Positions 9,108 through 17,963 of a stretch of DNA of 64,000 nt are shown here, piece by piece. The notes under the pieces are model-generated. The model did not search any database. It saw only the letters and a program-made list of their open reading frames with translations, and had not been told where the DNA came from. Where the stretch lies: NCBI GenBank assembly GCA_964349315.1, contig CAYGGD010000001.1, positions 758 through 64,757 of the forward strand, written 5' to 3'. Made by a program: the position numbers and the translations under genes. This DNA comes from an uncultured Muribaculaceae bacterium. GTDB taxonomy: Bacteria > Bacteroidota > Bacteroidia > Bacteroidales > UBA932. The stretch's first letter is position 1. Each line of letters starts with the position of its first letter.

Positions 9108-10034
9108 TTAAATAAGATCTTTAATTATATCGGCTGCAGACTCTTCTTGCTTAATCATAGAAGAGATCTGCCCGATTTCCAGTTCTCCCTCTGCAAGATC
9201 GCCTTCGAATATTCCTTTTTTCGATCTTCCCTTTCCCAACAGTGATGTTAACTCTTGTTCGGATGCTCCTCTCATTTCTGCCTGGAGCACCTCATTAAAA
9301 AAGTTATTTTCAGCCATACGGGTAGGGCCTATTCTTTTAAATAACAGCTTGGTGTCACCCTCTTTAAGACCTCTGCAGTACTCTTTAAACAAAGGATGAG
9401 CAGAACTCTCTTTACACAAAGCAAAGCGAGTCCCAATCTGCACTCCTTCGGCACCAAGGGCAAAAGCAGCATTGTAGGAGGCTCTCGAGGCAACTCCTCC
9501 GGCTGCAATAAGCGGTATAGAGATGGCCTCTCTCACCTGAGGTATAAGACAAAATGTGGTGGTCTCCTCTTTTCCGTTGTGTCCCCCAGCTTCAAATCCC
9601 TCTGCAACCACAGCATCTACTCCGGCATCCATACATTTTACAGCAAAAAGCGAACTTGACACAACATGCGCAACCACAATCCCATGTTGTTTAAGGTAGG
9701 ATGTCCATTTTTTAGGACTTCCAGCACTTGTAAAAACCACAGGAACTCGCTCTTCAGTAATTATTTTCATAATTTCCTCTACTTGAGGATATAGCAATGG
9801 CACATTAACCCCAAAAGGAAATAATGCCTGATTATCGCTGTCGGTTAGTGCTTCTCTGCACTTTTGAATATGATATCGCAGATTATCGGGGTGCAAAGAC
9901 CCCGCTCCTATTAAACCGAGGCCTCCGGCCCTGCTAACTGCAGAGGCAAGTTTCCAGCCGCTGCACCAAACCATTCCTCCTTGAATAATCGGATACTCAA
10001 TGCCAAATAGTTTACAAACTCTGTTCTCTTTCAT
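9108..10034 (-). CDS. fabK: FMN-dependent enoyl-ACP reductase II (often auto-annotated nitronate monooxygenase)
   Basis: PIIQGGMVWCSGWKLASAVS, EGFEAGGHNG, GVQIGTRF; closely resembles Porphyromonas gingivalis FabK as recalled. ATG 10034 preferred over TTG 10043, which lies in the promoter box. Confidence 0.85.
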   Translation of the reverse strand: MKENRVCKLFGIEYPIIQGGMVWCSGWKLASAVSRAGGLGLIGAGSLHPDNLRYHIQKCREALTDSDNQALFPFGVNVPLLYPQVEEIMKIITEERVPVVFTSAGSPKKWTSYLKQHGIVVAHVVSSSLFAVKCMDAGVDAVVAEGFEAGGHNGKEETTTFCLIPQVREAISIPLIAAGGVASRASYNAAFALGAEGVQIGTRFALCKESSAHPLFKEYCRGLKEGDTKLLFKRIGPTRMAENNFFNEVLQAEMRGASEQELTSLLGKGRSKKGIFEGDLAEGELEIGQISSMIKQEESAADIIKDLI

Positions 10035-10040
10035 AATTGA

Positions 10041-10048
10041 CAAATTTA
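10041..10048 (-). promoter_or_regulatory. -7 promoter box of fabK
   Basis: TAAATTTG on the minus strand, 6 nt before ATG 10034. Confidence 0.55.
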
Positions 10049-10068
10049 TGTAAAAAGGAACATTTTTT

Positions 10069-10076
10069 TACCTTTG
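10069..10076 (+). promoter_or_regulatory. -7 promoter box of the NSS transporter (divergent from fabK)
   Basis: TACCTTTG, 27 nt upstream of ATG 10104. Confidence 0.6.
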
Positions 10077-10103
10077 TTCAAACTTATATATAAAACTTAA
10101 CCT

Positions 10104-11453
10104 ATGGCAGATTTACAAAGAGACGGCTTCGGCAGCCGGTTTGGGGTTTTGGTGGCAGTAGCCGGTTCGGCAGTTGGTCTTGGTAATTTATGGCGATTTC
10201 CTTATATGGTGGGAAACAACGGTGGTGCCGCCTTTATTATTCTCTATCTCTCTTTTGTTATTTTACTCTGTTTGCCTATAATGTTTTCGGAATTTGTCAT
10301 AGGCCGACGCACTCAGTCCAATGCTTTTGGTGCAATAAAAAAAATCGCCCCCAAATCGGGATGGCTTTCAATAGGGGTTATCAGCGTTGTAGCATCAATT
10401 TCTATTATGTCTTTTTACAGCGTAGTGGGTGGCTGGACCCTGGAGTATATCTTTAAATCTCTATCCCCCTCATTCTTAACATCCGACAGCTCCTCTCTCT
10501 CTCAACAATTCTCTGGTTTTTCGGAGTCGTCGTTTATGCCGGTTGTTATGCACCTGCTTTTTCTGACAATATCGGCACTTATTGTGGTTGCAGGAGTAAA
10601 AAACGGCATCGAAAAGTATTCGAAAATACTGATGCCTGTTCTATTTATTCTCGTTCTTTTGCTGGCAATACGCTCTCTTACGCTCGAAGGGGCATCGGAG
10701 GGTGTGCGTTTTCTCTTTTATCCCGACTTCTCTAAAATTACCGGCGAAACGGCGCTTGCAGCTCTCGGGCAGGCCTTTTTCTCTTTAAGTTTAGGGATGG
10801 GGTGTATCATTACATACGGATCGTATGTAAACAAAAAGGAGAATCTTTTTAAAATATCTTTTATGTCGGCCGCTGCCGATACCGGATTTGCGATATTGGC
10901 AGGGCTTGCCGTTGTTCCTGCAGTATTTGCTTTCGGAATTTCACCTACAGAGGGGCCGAGCCTTGTTTTTATAACCCTACCCCAGGTTTTTGCCCAACTT
11001 CCCTTCGGGTACATAATATCAATTGCCTTCTTCTTTATCCTTTTAATTGCCGCCTTAACCTCATCAATCTCACTTCTCGAAGTTGTGGTGGCCTACTTTA
11101 CCGAAGAGCTTAAATGGAGCAGAAAGCTGGCTGTTGTAGTTACCTTTATGATAATTGGTGTATTCGGTACCTTCAGCTCTCTTTCGCAGGGAATTTTAAG
11201 CGATATTAAACTATTCGGCAAAACCTTTTTCGACTTGTTCGACTACACCTCCTCCAACATCTTGCTACCGGTAGGAGGGCTACTGGTTGTTCTTTTTGCC
11301 GGATGGAGAATGAACCGTTCCGATGTTCTTGACGAGCTCACCAGCGGCGGAACCATCTCCTTAAAAAGAAGTTTATTTAAAGCAATAATGTTTATTATTA
11401 GATATATCGCCCCGATTGCAATTTCAATAGTGCTCCTAAACAGCATTTTGTAA
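10104..11453 (+). CDS. Sodium-dependent transporter, NSS/SNF (LeuT-fold) family
   Basis: AGSAVGLGNLWRFPY, GQAFFSLSLG, EGPSLVFITLP, TSSISLLE; about 11 TM segments. Confidence 0.93.
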   Translation: MADLQRDGFGSRFGVLVAVAGSAVGLGNLWRFPYMVGNNGGAAFIILYLSFVILLCLPIMFSEFVIGRRTQSNAFGAIKKIAPKSGWLSIGVISVVASISIMSFYSVVGGWTLEYIFKSLSPSFLTSDSSSLSQQFSGFSESSFMPVVMHLLFLTISALIVVAGVKNGIEKYSKILMPVLFILVLLLAIRSLTLEGASEGVRFLFYPDFSKITGETALAALGQAFFSLSLGMGCIITYGSYVNKKENLFKISFMSAAADTGFAILAGLAVVPAVFAFGISPTEGPSLVFITLPQVFAQLPFGYIISIAFFFILLIAALTSSISLLEVVVAYFTEELKWSRKLAVVVTFMIIGVFGTFSSLSQGILSDIKLFGKTFFDLFDYTSSNILLPVGGLLVVLFAGWRMNRSDVLDELTSGGTISLKRSLFKAIMFIIRYIAPIAISIVLLNSIL

Positions 11454-11463
11454 AGAGTAACGT

Positions 11464-11730
11464 TTAGCTCTTACTAACAATATACTCTGCAATAGTTCTG
11501 ACAGAGCGGAAAACCTCTTTATTAGCTTTCGGGTCCTCCATTCTGATACCATACTCTCTCTCTAACAGAATCACAAGTTCCAGGGCATCGATTGAATCCA
11601 GACCCAAACCCTCTCCAAACAGAGGGGCGTCAGCATCTATATCTTCAGGAGATATCTCCTCCAGATTGAGGGCTGCAATAATCTGATGTTTAAGCTGATC
11701 AATAATCTGGTCTACAGTCTTTTGTTCCAT
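11464..11730 (-). CDS. Acyl carrier protein (cluster ACP 2)
   Basis: 88 aa, acidic, GLGLDSIDALEL phosphopantetheinylation motif. Confidence 0.92.
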   Translation of the reverse strand: MEQKTVDQIIDQLKHQIIAALNLEEISPEDIDADAPLFGEGLGLDSIDALELVILLEREYGIRMEDPKANKEVFRSVRTIAEYIVSKS

Positions 11731-11754
11731 AATTTCAAGTGTAAAATTATAATA

Positions 11755-13056
11755 TTATTTTGCTGATTTATTTTTATACAACAGTGCTGCAATAAAACAT
11801 ATTACTCCAAAAAGCAGAAGAGCTCCGCCGTAAGGCAGAACAGATATCAGCCCCTCATCTCTTAAAAATATTTGATAAAAACCCGACATTCCCCAGTTAA
11901 GAGGAGATAATTTGCTTATAATCTGCATTAAAGGAGACATAATAAAAATTGGAATCCAGATGCCGCCAATAGCAGCAAAAATCACAACAGATACTGCACC
12001 AAAGACAGATGCCTGCTGATGAGTTCTTGCAATATTGCCTATTGCAATTCCATATCCGATTGCAGCCACCGCGGCCGAGAGAGCCATAAAGATAAGCGCC
12101 GATATTGAGTGCCCGGTTTCAAGAGCCGGAAGACCGATGTAGGGTATCAGGTAAATACCTATAAGCAGCATTATTGCAAACTGTAAAAGAGCTACTATCA
12201 TATACATTAGTGCTTTGCTTAAAAGGTACTCGACATAGGTGCAAGGCATTGTCAAAAGGCGAGTGAAGCTTCCACTCTCCCTCTCTTTAATGATATTTCC
12301 GGCAAGCGACACAACTATAAAGAATACCGCAAAAAGACTCCACGCCGGAATGTTGTGCTGAACAGCATTTGGGACAATATTACTCTCATCCGGAATAGCA
12401 AATTTAGCGTCAACTGTAAACTGCTCACCTGAGAAATTATCTGCAGAAATAACCACCGGAGATAAATCATTAACCTGTGAAGTTATCTCATTCATTATAA
12501 AATCAAATTGAACTTTTTGAGCTTTCTCTTGTATTGTGCTCATAATAAGAGAATAAAAAGACCCGTTTGCTGTCGGATCAACTACAATCGTAAGCTTTAC
12601 ATCCTCTTTAAACGGAGCCCTTTCAATCCCGTTAAAGGCACTCACAACATAACGTTGAACATTCCCCTTTATCATCTCTGTGGCCTCTTCCGGAATAAAT
12701 ATTCCAAGGAGATATTCACTTACAGATATTTTTATCTCCATATCGGATACCGCACTTCCCTCTCCCCTGGTAATCTCAAAAATACCAGAGCTTTCTATCT
12801 CTCGCTCAATAGCCGAGCCCAATTCTCCGGCATCGTTATTAATTAGAAGGAGGGGGATCTTCACCCCCTTTACAACATTGAATGTACTCTCCTGAAGATT
12901 CGCCATTAGAACAACAAGAACAATGGGCATAACAAACATCAGTATAATTCCGCCTATATCCCTCTTAAGCAATATAAAGTCCTTAAGCAGAAGGTATTTC
13001 ATCCTGTATGCAATGTCTGTAAAAGAGCTCTTCTCACTTGTCTTAAATTTACTCAT
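11755..13056 (-). CDS. ABC-2 type exporter permease
   Basis: LMFVMPIVL TM1, periplasmic domain, IIKERESGSFTRLLTMP, C-terminal TMs. Confidence 0.88.
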   Translation of the reverse strand: MSKFKTSEKSSFTDIAYRMKYLLLKDFILLKRDIGGIILMFVMPIVLVVLMANLQESTFNVVKGVKIPLLLINNDAGELGSAIEREIESSGIFEITRGEGSAVSDMEIKISVSEYLLGIFIPEEATEMIKGNVQRYVVSAFNGIERAPFKEDVKLTIVVDPTANGSFYSLIMSTIQEKAQKVQFDFIMNEITSQVNDLSPVVISADNFSGEQFTVDAKFAIPDESNIVPNAVQHNIPAWSLFAVFFIVVSLAGNIIKERESGSFTRLLTMPCTYVEYLLSKALMYMIVALLQFAIMLLIGIYLIPYIGLPALETGHSISALIFMALSAAVAAIGYGIAIGNIARTHQQASVFGAVSVVIFAAIGGIWIPIFIMSPLMQIISKLSPLNWGMSGFYQIFLRDEGLISVLPYGGALLLFGVICFIAALLYKNKSAK

Positions 13057-13816
13057 AAGTATCCCTCATCTGTTTTCCTGTTAATTTAAAATACAGGGCT
13101 TCAAGATTTTTACAATCGGGGTGTTGTTCAGAAAGTTCACAAGGGTTACCCTCCAGTACAACCCTGCCTCCATCCATTAAAGCAATTTTATCACAAATTG
13201 ACTCTGCCTCCTCAAGGTAATGAGATATAAACATCACAGTTGTTCCCTCTCTGTTAATCTTAACAAGCTCTTCAAGAATAAGGTTTCTCGACTGAGCATC
13301 AACCCCAACCGTGGGCTCATCCAGAATAAGAATCTGCGGACGATGCATCATCCCGGCAACTATATTTATTCGCCTCTTCATCCCTCCCGAGTACTCACTG
13401 ACAAGTTTATCTGCACTGTTAGTTAGTCCAAACTGAGCAAGAAGATTTTTTATCCGGAGTTTAAGCTCCCCCTCCCTGATTCCGCAAATGCCACCAATAA
13501 CCCTAAGGTTCTCCCTTCCTGTAAGAGAAGGAAAAAGAGCAATATCCTGCGGAACAAATCCTATTATTTTCTTAATTGAATTTAGTGAGTCTTTTACAGA
13601 GAGTCCGTTGATATTTACATCTCCGCTATCAAAACCTTTAAGGCCGCACATTATTTCAATGGTTGTAGTTTTGCCTGCTCCGTTAGGGGCCACCAAACCA
13701 AAAAGAGAACCCCTTTCTACTCTTAAAAAGAGCGAGTTAAGAGTAGGATTAACCCTTCCTTTATATCTCTTTACAAGTCCTTTGATATCTATTGCATAAA
13801 CTGCACTATCCAACAT
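13049..13816 (-). CDS. ABC exporter ATP-binding protein
   Basis: APNGAGKTT, YSGGMKRR, LILDEPT, ISHYLEE. Confidence 0.93.
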   Translation of the reverse strand: MLDSAVYAIDIKGLVKRYKGRVNPTLNSLFLRVERGSLFGLVAPNGAGKTTTIEIMCGLKGFDSGDVNINGLSVKDSLNSIKKIIGFVPQDIALFPSLTGRENLRVIGGICGIREGELKLRIKNLLAQFGLTNSADKLVSEYSGGMKRRINIVAGMMHRPQILILDEPTVGVDAQSRNLILEELVKINREGTTVMFISHYLEEAESICDKIALMDGGRVVLEGNPCELSEQHPDCKNLEALYFKLTGKQMRDTYE

Positions 13817-13828
13817 GCTCTCTGGTTT

Positions 13829-14857
13829 TTAATTAGTCTGCCTAAATTTGCTTAGTCTGCAATGCTTGGCCAAATCTCTGAAAATTGCCTCCTCTTTATG
13901 GGAGATTGCTATAAGCTTGTCTGCTAACTGGTTGTAAGTGATTGGTTCGGCATCACGCTTTTTTATAAGGCGGGCTGCATTATAGGAGAAGTCCCGCCAC
14001 ATATCACCTGCAATTGTCATCTCTGCAGATAGTTCACGCAACCCCGGGTCATTCATAAATACAGAGGCCTCCTGCAAAAAAGCTGCATAAATAAAGCGGA
14101 ATCCCGCGCCGCCTGTTCCAATCTCTTCGTTCATTCTCACTATTTGCGCCAGATTAAGTGCTGCTCTTTTTGCACCCATTCTGCTCTCCCATTTTCGCAT
14201 CCTCCCAGCAAGAAATCTTATACCCTTTACACCAAACATTGGAATCGGAATTTTAAGCATCCTGTTGCAATTTTTCAAAATTGCCCTGCGAACCGTATCT
14301 GCAGTAACACCGCACTTGCTACTTACATCAGTTATATGGTACATTCTCCCCTTTGGCGGATAAGTACCACTGGCAAAGCGTACAAGCTTAAGCTCTTCAT
14401 AAGTAAGCCTGCACTTATCCACAACAACAGGATCTGATACAGTATAAACATCCCCATCCTTTCCAGTAACGCAGATATTGTGTGCATTAAAATGGAATCT
14501 GTACTCCTTTGGAAAATATGGCAGATGGTAAACACCCACAAGCATGCCAACAGGAATACCTCTTTCCAGCAGAGAATCCAAAACTCGCATAGCTTTTTCC
14601 TTGTCACTAAACTTATACCGCTTAATCTTTATATTTAACAGCGAAAGTACCCTCGAGAAAATATCTCCGGGAAGCGGACGAAAAGAGGTGACAGCCATAC
14701 CATGAAGACGAATAAAGGGCATATGAGCAAAGAAGAGGCCGGAGCCCAGTCCAAAAACCATTGCCTCACTCATCTCAACTCCATAATATCGTAAAAGATT
14801 GCTTACAACACCATTTTCGCAATGACCGGAAGGTTTGTGAATAAAGTCGAGCTGCAT
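13829..14857 (-). CDS. BtrH-like (papain-fold, BtrH_N + DUF4872-type) putative acyltransferase
   Basis: N-terminal GHCENG Cys, FNAHNI His, EEIGTGGAGFRFIY; family typical of flexirubin-type clusters. Confidence 0.75.
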   Translation of the reverse strand: MQLDFIHKPSGHCENGVVSNLLRYYGVEMSEAMVFGLGSGLFFAHMPFIRLHGMAVTSFRPLPGDIFSRVLSLLNIKIKRYKFSDKEKAMRVLDSLLERGIPVGMLVGVYHLPYFPKEYRFHFNAHNICVTGKDGDVYTVSDPVVVDKCRLTYEELKLVRFASGTYPPKGRMYHITDVSSKCGVTADTVRRAILKNCNRMLKIPIPMFGVKGIRFLAGRMRKWESRMGAKRAALNLAQIVRMNEEIGTGGAGFRFIYAAFLQEASVFMNDPGLRELSAEMTIAGDMWRDFSYNAARLIKKRDAEPITYNQLADKLIAISHKEEAIFRDLAKHCRLSKFRQTN

Positions 14858-14858
14858 A

Positions 14859-15263
14859 TTAATCTAAAGAGGTAAGTTGTTCTACACTAATTCCAAGAGC
14901 AGAAGCCATGCGCTTAAGCTGCTGCTCCTGCAATTTGCTGAAATGCTTTGCTTTGCACCATTTTTTAATCTCCCTTTTAGAGAATCCTGAATAGTCCGAT
15001 AAAATCTCAGGAGTCATAATAAGACGGTGAAGATGGTATACCAGAGGGCTTTTGTCACCTGAGAGAACCTCCTTTTTAATCTCTTCGCACTCCTCATAAA
15101 TTGATTCCCATGTAAAATCGAGAGCCACATTCTTAGCATCCCAGCCAACACTAATAATCTGCTTGTAATCACCATTTTCGTCAGTTGCGTAGCAGACATC
15201 CCGAACGCCTGAACTCTCTAATATTTTGCCATCCTGAGGAACCTCATTAACCTTCATAATCAC
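14859..15263 (-). CDS. Conserved hypothetical protein of flexirubin-type clusters with C-terminal Xre-like HTH
   Basis: EVPQD..CYATDENG..SVGW N-terminus; TPEILSDYSGFSKREIKKW and LKRMASALGISVEQL resemble Cro/Xre helices. Confidence 0.6.
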   Translation of the reverse strand: MIMKVNEVPQDGKILESSGVRDVCYATDENGDYKQIISVGWDAKNVALDFTWESIYEECEEIKKEVLSGDKSPLVYHLHRLIMTPEILSDYSGFSKREIKKWCKAKHFSKLQEQQLKRMASALGISVEQLTSLD

Positions 15264-16398
15264 AAACAGTTAGATAAACAAAAGCGTACGAAAATCTTGC
15301 ACTCTCGGGAACCATCACCAAAATTCTCTCTCCCTTATTTAATTTGCCGCTCTTTAACAGTTCGTCAATCATAATAAAGGCAGATGCAGCTGCTATGTTG
15401 CCCACAGCCGGAAGATTGACAAACCATTTCTCTTCAGGAATTGTAAAACCGAGAGAATCTAACTCCGCAAATATTTTTGAACGGAAATACATAGACGAAA
15501 GGTGAGGCAAAAACCAATCTATCTCTTCCGGCTTAAGCGACCTCTTTTGGACCACCTGCTTTAGAAAACGGCCTCCAAGTTTTACAATATTCTCTCCAAG
15601 TAACTTTGTATCTTGCTTTAAAGCAAAGAGAGATCGCCCGGTCCACTCCCCCTCCTCAAAACCACACCATCCGGAGAGCTTACCCTCATTGTTATAATCT
15701 GCGCCCGCATACATACAGGTGGGCATTGTATTAGCGTAAGAGGTTAGCTCAATCCACTCAACCTTTAGAGATAGCCCCGACTCTGCCGGTCTGTTCTTTA
15801 AAAGCAGGGCAGAGGCACCATCCGAAAGCATAAAGCGTAAAAAATCTTTCTCAAAAGCAATTATGGGATCCTTCTCGAGACGCTTTAGACTCTCATACTC
15901 ATCATTAAAAAAGGAGCTCTTCATCCATGCAGAAAACCTTTCCGAAGCAACTGCAACAGCATTTGATTTATCTCCCGATGCAATTGCCATAAAACCATAT
16001 TTGAGCGCATGAATTCCGCTGCAGCAAGAACCTGCAAATGAGACAACCTCTGCATTTGAGTGGCCGCCCATCTCTCCATGAATCTGCACCCCGTGAGAGG
16101 GCATAATCATCTCCTGAGAGGCAGTTCCGGCAGCAAGAAGTTCTATTGTATCTTCGTTAATATCATAATCGTATAGTTTTTCAATGGCAAGTTTTGCCAT
16201 CTCAAACGAAGAATGTGTTACCCTCTGCTCTTTGTCAATTGCATAATAACGTGCCTTAATCTGATTATTCCTTAATATAAGGTTCCGGGCTTTAGAGGGC
16301 TTCCCTCCAATCATACCAAGATAATCCTCAATATGATCATTGCTAATAGGTTCGTTTGGCAAAAAAGAGGAAGATTTGGTTATATATACAGAATTCAT
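15247..16398 (-). CDS. darB: Dialkylresorcinol cyclase, DarB/StlD-type FabH-like ketosynthase
   Basis: Cys-His-Asn triad (GSCCSG, LPHLSS, VGNIAA), MVPESARFS; adjacent to darA. Start ATG 16398 (MNSVYIT). Confidence 0.88.
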   Translation of the reverse strand: MNSVYITKSSSFLPNEPISNDHIEDYLGMIGGKPSKARNLILRNNQIKARYYAIDKEQRVTHSSFEMAKLAIEKLYDYDINEDTIELLAAGTASQEMIMPSHGVQIHGEMGGHSNAEVVSFAGSCCSGIHALKYGFMAIASGDKSNAVAVASERFSAWMKSSFFNDEYESLKRLEKDPIIAFEKDFLRFMLSDGASALLLKNRPAESGLSLKVEWIELTSYANTMPTCMYAGADYNNEGKLSGWCGFEEGEWTGRSLFALKQDTKLLGENIVKLGGRFLKQVVQKRSLKPEEIDWFLPHLSSMYFRSKIFAELDSLGFTIPEEKWFVNLPAVGNIAAASAFIMIDELLKSGKLNKGERILVMVPESARFSYAFVYLTVCDYEG

Positions 16399-16408
16399 AT
16401 CTCTATTA

Positions 16409-17341
16409 TTAACTCTGTGAAAATAAGATTTTTTGGCCAATTTTCCTTAATCCTGCTCTTCTAAATGGGTATGTGAGCATAAAAAAGAGAGAACCAAAAG
16501 GAGAGACAGCAAATATTACAGTATTAAGATAGTATTTAAACAACTTAAGACGAAAAGCTCTGCGGGGATCTCTGTACCCACCTCTTTTAATTACAAACTT
16601 TGCCCACTTTCCCCAAAGGCGATTCCCATTAGACTCTACAAAGTAGAGCCCCGGATGAAACTGAACTAAACCCCTTTCCACTATCTCTCCCTGCAGTGAA
16701 TTCCAGTTGCCGGAGGTTATTGCCTCAAAGATAACGGGAGCTATAGCTGCAACACTCAAGATATCTGCATCAGAAACCCCTGCCTCCGGAAGAAAACGAG
16801 AGGCCCCCTTTTGTCCCTTTATAAGCCAGCGAAACACAGTAAGAACTCCTATAAGATTGTTGTGTCTGTCCTCCAGAGCAATATTCCCGGTCCATCTGCA
16901 TCCATACTCCCTAAGTCTCTTACCAACACTTAAGTGGGCAGATATCCACATATTCCTGGAACCAACAACCGTGAGCACTATTTTTCCTTTGAGGTAGCTA
17001 CCGGTACTACTCTCCCCTAAAAAAGAGGAGAAGGGGATTGAAGGGGCAAGAAACCACGGCTGATAACCCAGAATAATAAGATCTGCATCTATAACATCAG
17101 AAAAATCGACAGGTTCTATCTCAACGGGAATTTCGAGTCTCGATTCAGGAAAGGATTCATAAAAATCCTGTTCACTCCACGGAAATCCAAAAGGGACTTT
17201 TGGTACTATATCTTTATATGTTACTCTGCAACCCATACTCTCAAGAGGTTTTGTCAATGAGTTGAGAATAGAGGTCAGTTGCCCTGTCTGAGAGTAGTGA
17301 AAAACGGCAATGTGCGGTTTTCTGGTATGGGTCGTTGTCAT
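16409..17341 (-). CDS. darA: DarA dialkylresorcinol condensing enzyme/aromatase (flavodoxin-like N-terminus)
   Basis: HYSQTGQL..PFPWS..FPES, YQPWFLAPSIP, RNMWISA, DRHNNL..TVFRWL; directly upstream of darB. Confidence 0.88.
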   Translation of the reverse strand: MTTTHTRKPHIAVFHYSQTGQLTSILNSLTKPLESMGCRVTYKDIVPKVPFGFPWSEQDFYESFPESRLEIPVEIEPVDFSDVIDADLIILGYQPWFLAPSIPFSSFLGESSTGSYLKGKIVLTVVGSRNMWISAHLSVGKRLREYGCRWTGNIALEDRHNNLIGVLTVFRWLIKGQKGASRFLPEAGVSDADILSVAAIAPVIFEAITSGNWNSLQGEIVERGLVQFHPGLYFVESNGNRLWGKWAKFVIKRGGYRDPRRAFRLKLFKYYLNTVIFAVSPFGSLFFMLTYPFRRAGLRKIGQKILFSQS

Positions 17342-17955
17342 AATTGAAACATTGAAGGTGATACTGCAGAGTTAAGTGATAATCCGGAGAATTTGTATAT
17401 TGTATAATCATTGCTCCTCTCCCATAGAGTAAGTTGCTCCAATGAGTAGTCTGAATAGTTTATAACCATCTCTATCCTGATATAAGGAGATTGAGTGTTA
17501 GTTCCCGAAGGTGTAATCTCTACTATATGTGTGTTATCCCTTAACGAGTACGATATAGTGTATCCGGAAGGAATAGACTTGATATCTCCACCTATACAGG
17601 CCTCCATAACGGCAGCAAGATCAGAAATCCCCTTTTGCGATTCAAGTGAAAATGTATTGGTTTTTCCGGCAGATAGTATATAGAGTTTAAGAGGTGTAAT
17701 AACAATTGACATCTCTTTTGGAGATGTGTAGTCAAATCTCATATTGCCACTTCTCTTATAATAGAAAAGACCACTCGACTCAACACTATCATTTAGAATT
17801 GTTATGAACTTTTTCTGAACAAAGTTTCCCGAAACCGACGAAACAGTTTTCGAGTGCTGTGCAAGTGCCAGAAAAAATTCCTTCTCAGATGATCCGTAGA
17901 TAAACCCTGATGAGAGCACAAGAGAGAGCATTATTATAAGCTTATTCATATTCAT
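17338..17955 (-). CDS. LolA-family periplasmic lipid carrier (cluster copy 2)
   Basis: Signal peptide; SGNFVQKKFI..SSGLFYYKRSGNMRFDYTSP, the LolA FxQ / G-x-F / RWxY pattern. Confidence 0.75.
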   Translation of the reverse strand: MNMNKLIIMLSLVLSSGFIYGSSEKEFFLALAQHSKTVSSVSGNFVQKKFITILNDSVESSGLFYYKRSGNMRFDYTSPKEMSIVITPLKLYILSAGKTNTFSLESQKGISDLAAVMEACIGGDIKSIPSGYTISYSLRDNTHIVEITPSGTNTQSPYIRIEMVINYSDYSLEQLTLWERSNDYTIYKFSGLSLNSAVSPSMFQL

Positions 17956-17963
17956 TTATTAAT

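Noticed and set aside
9108-10034. Nitronate monooxygenase, or fabK as part of the biosynthetic cluster
   Set aside because: The sequence fits the housekeeping Bacteroidales FabK; it has its own promoter box and is separated from the cluster by an opposite-strand gene.
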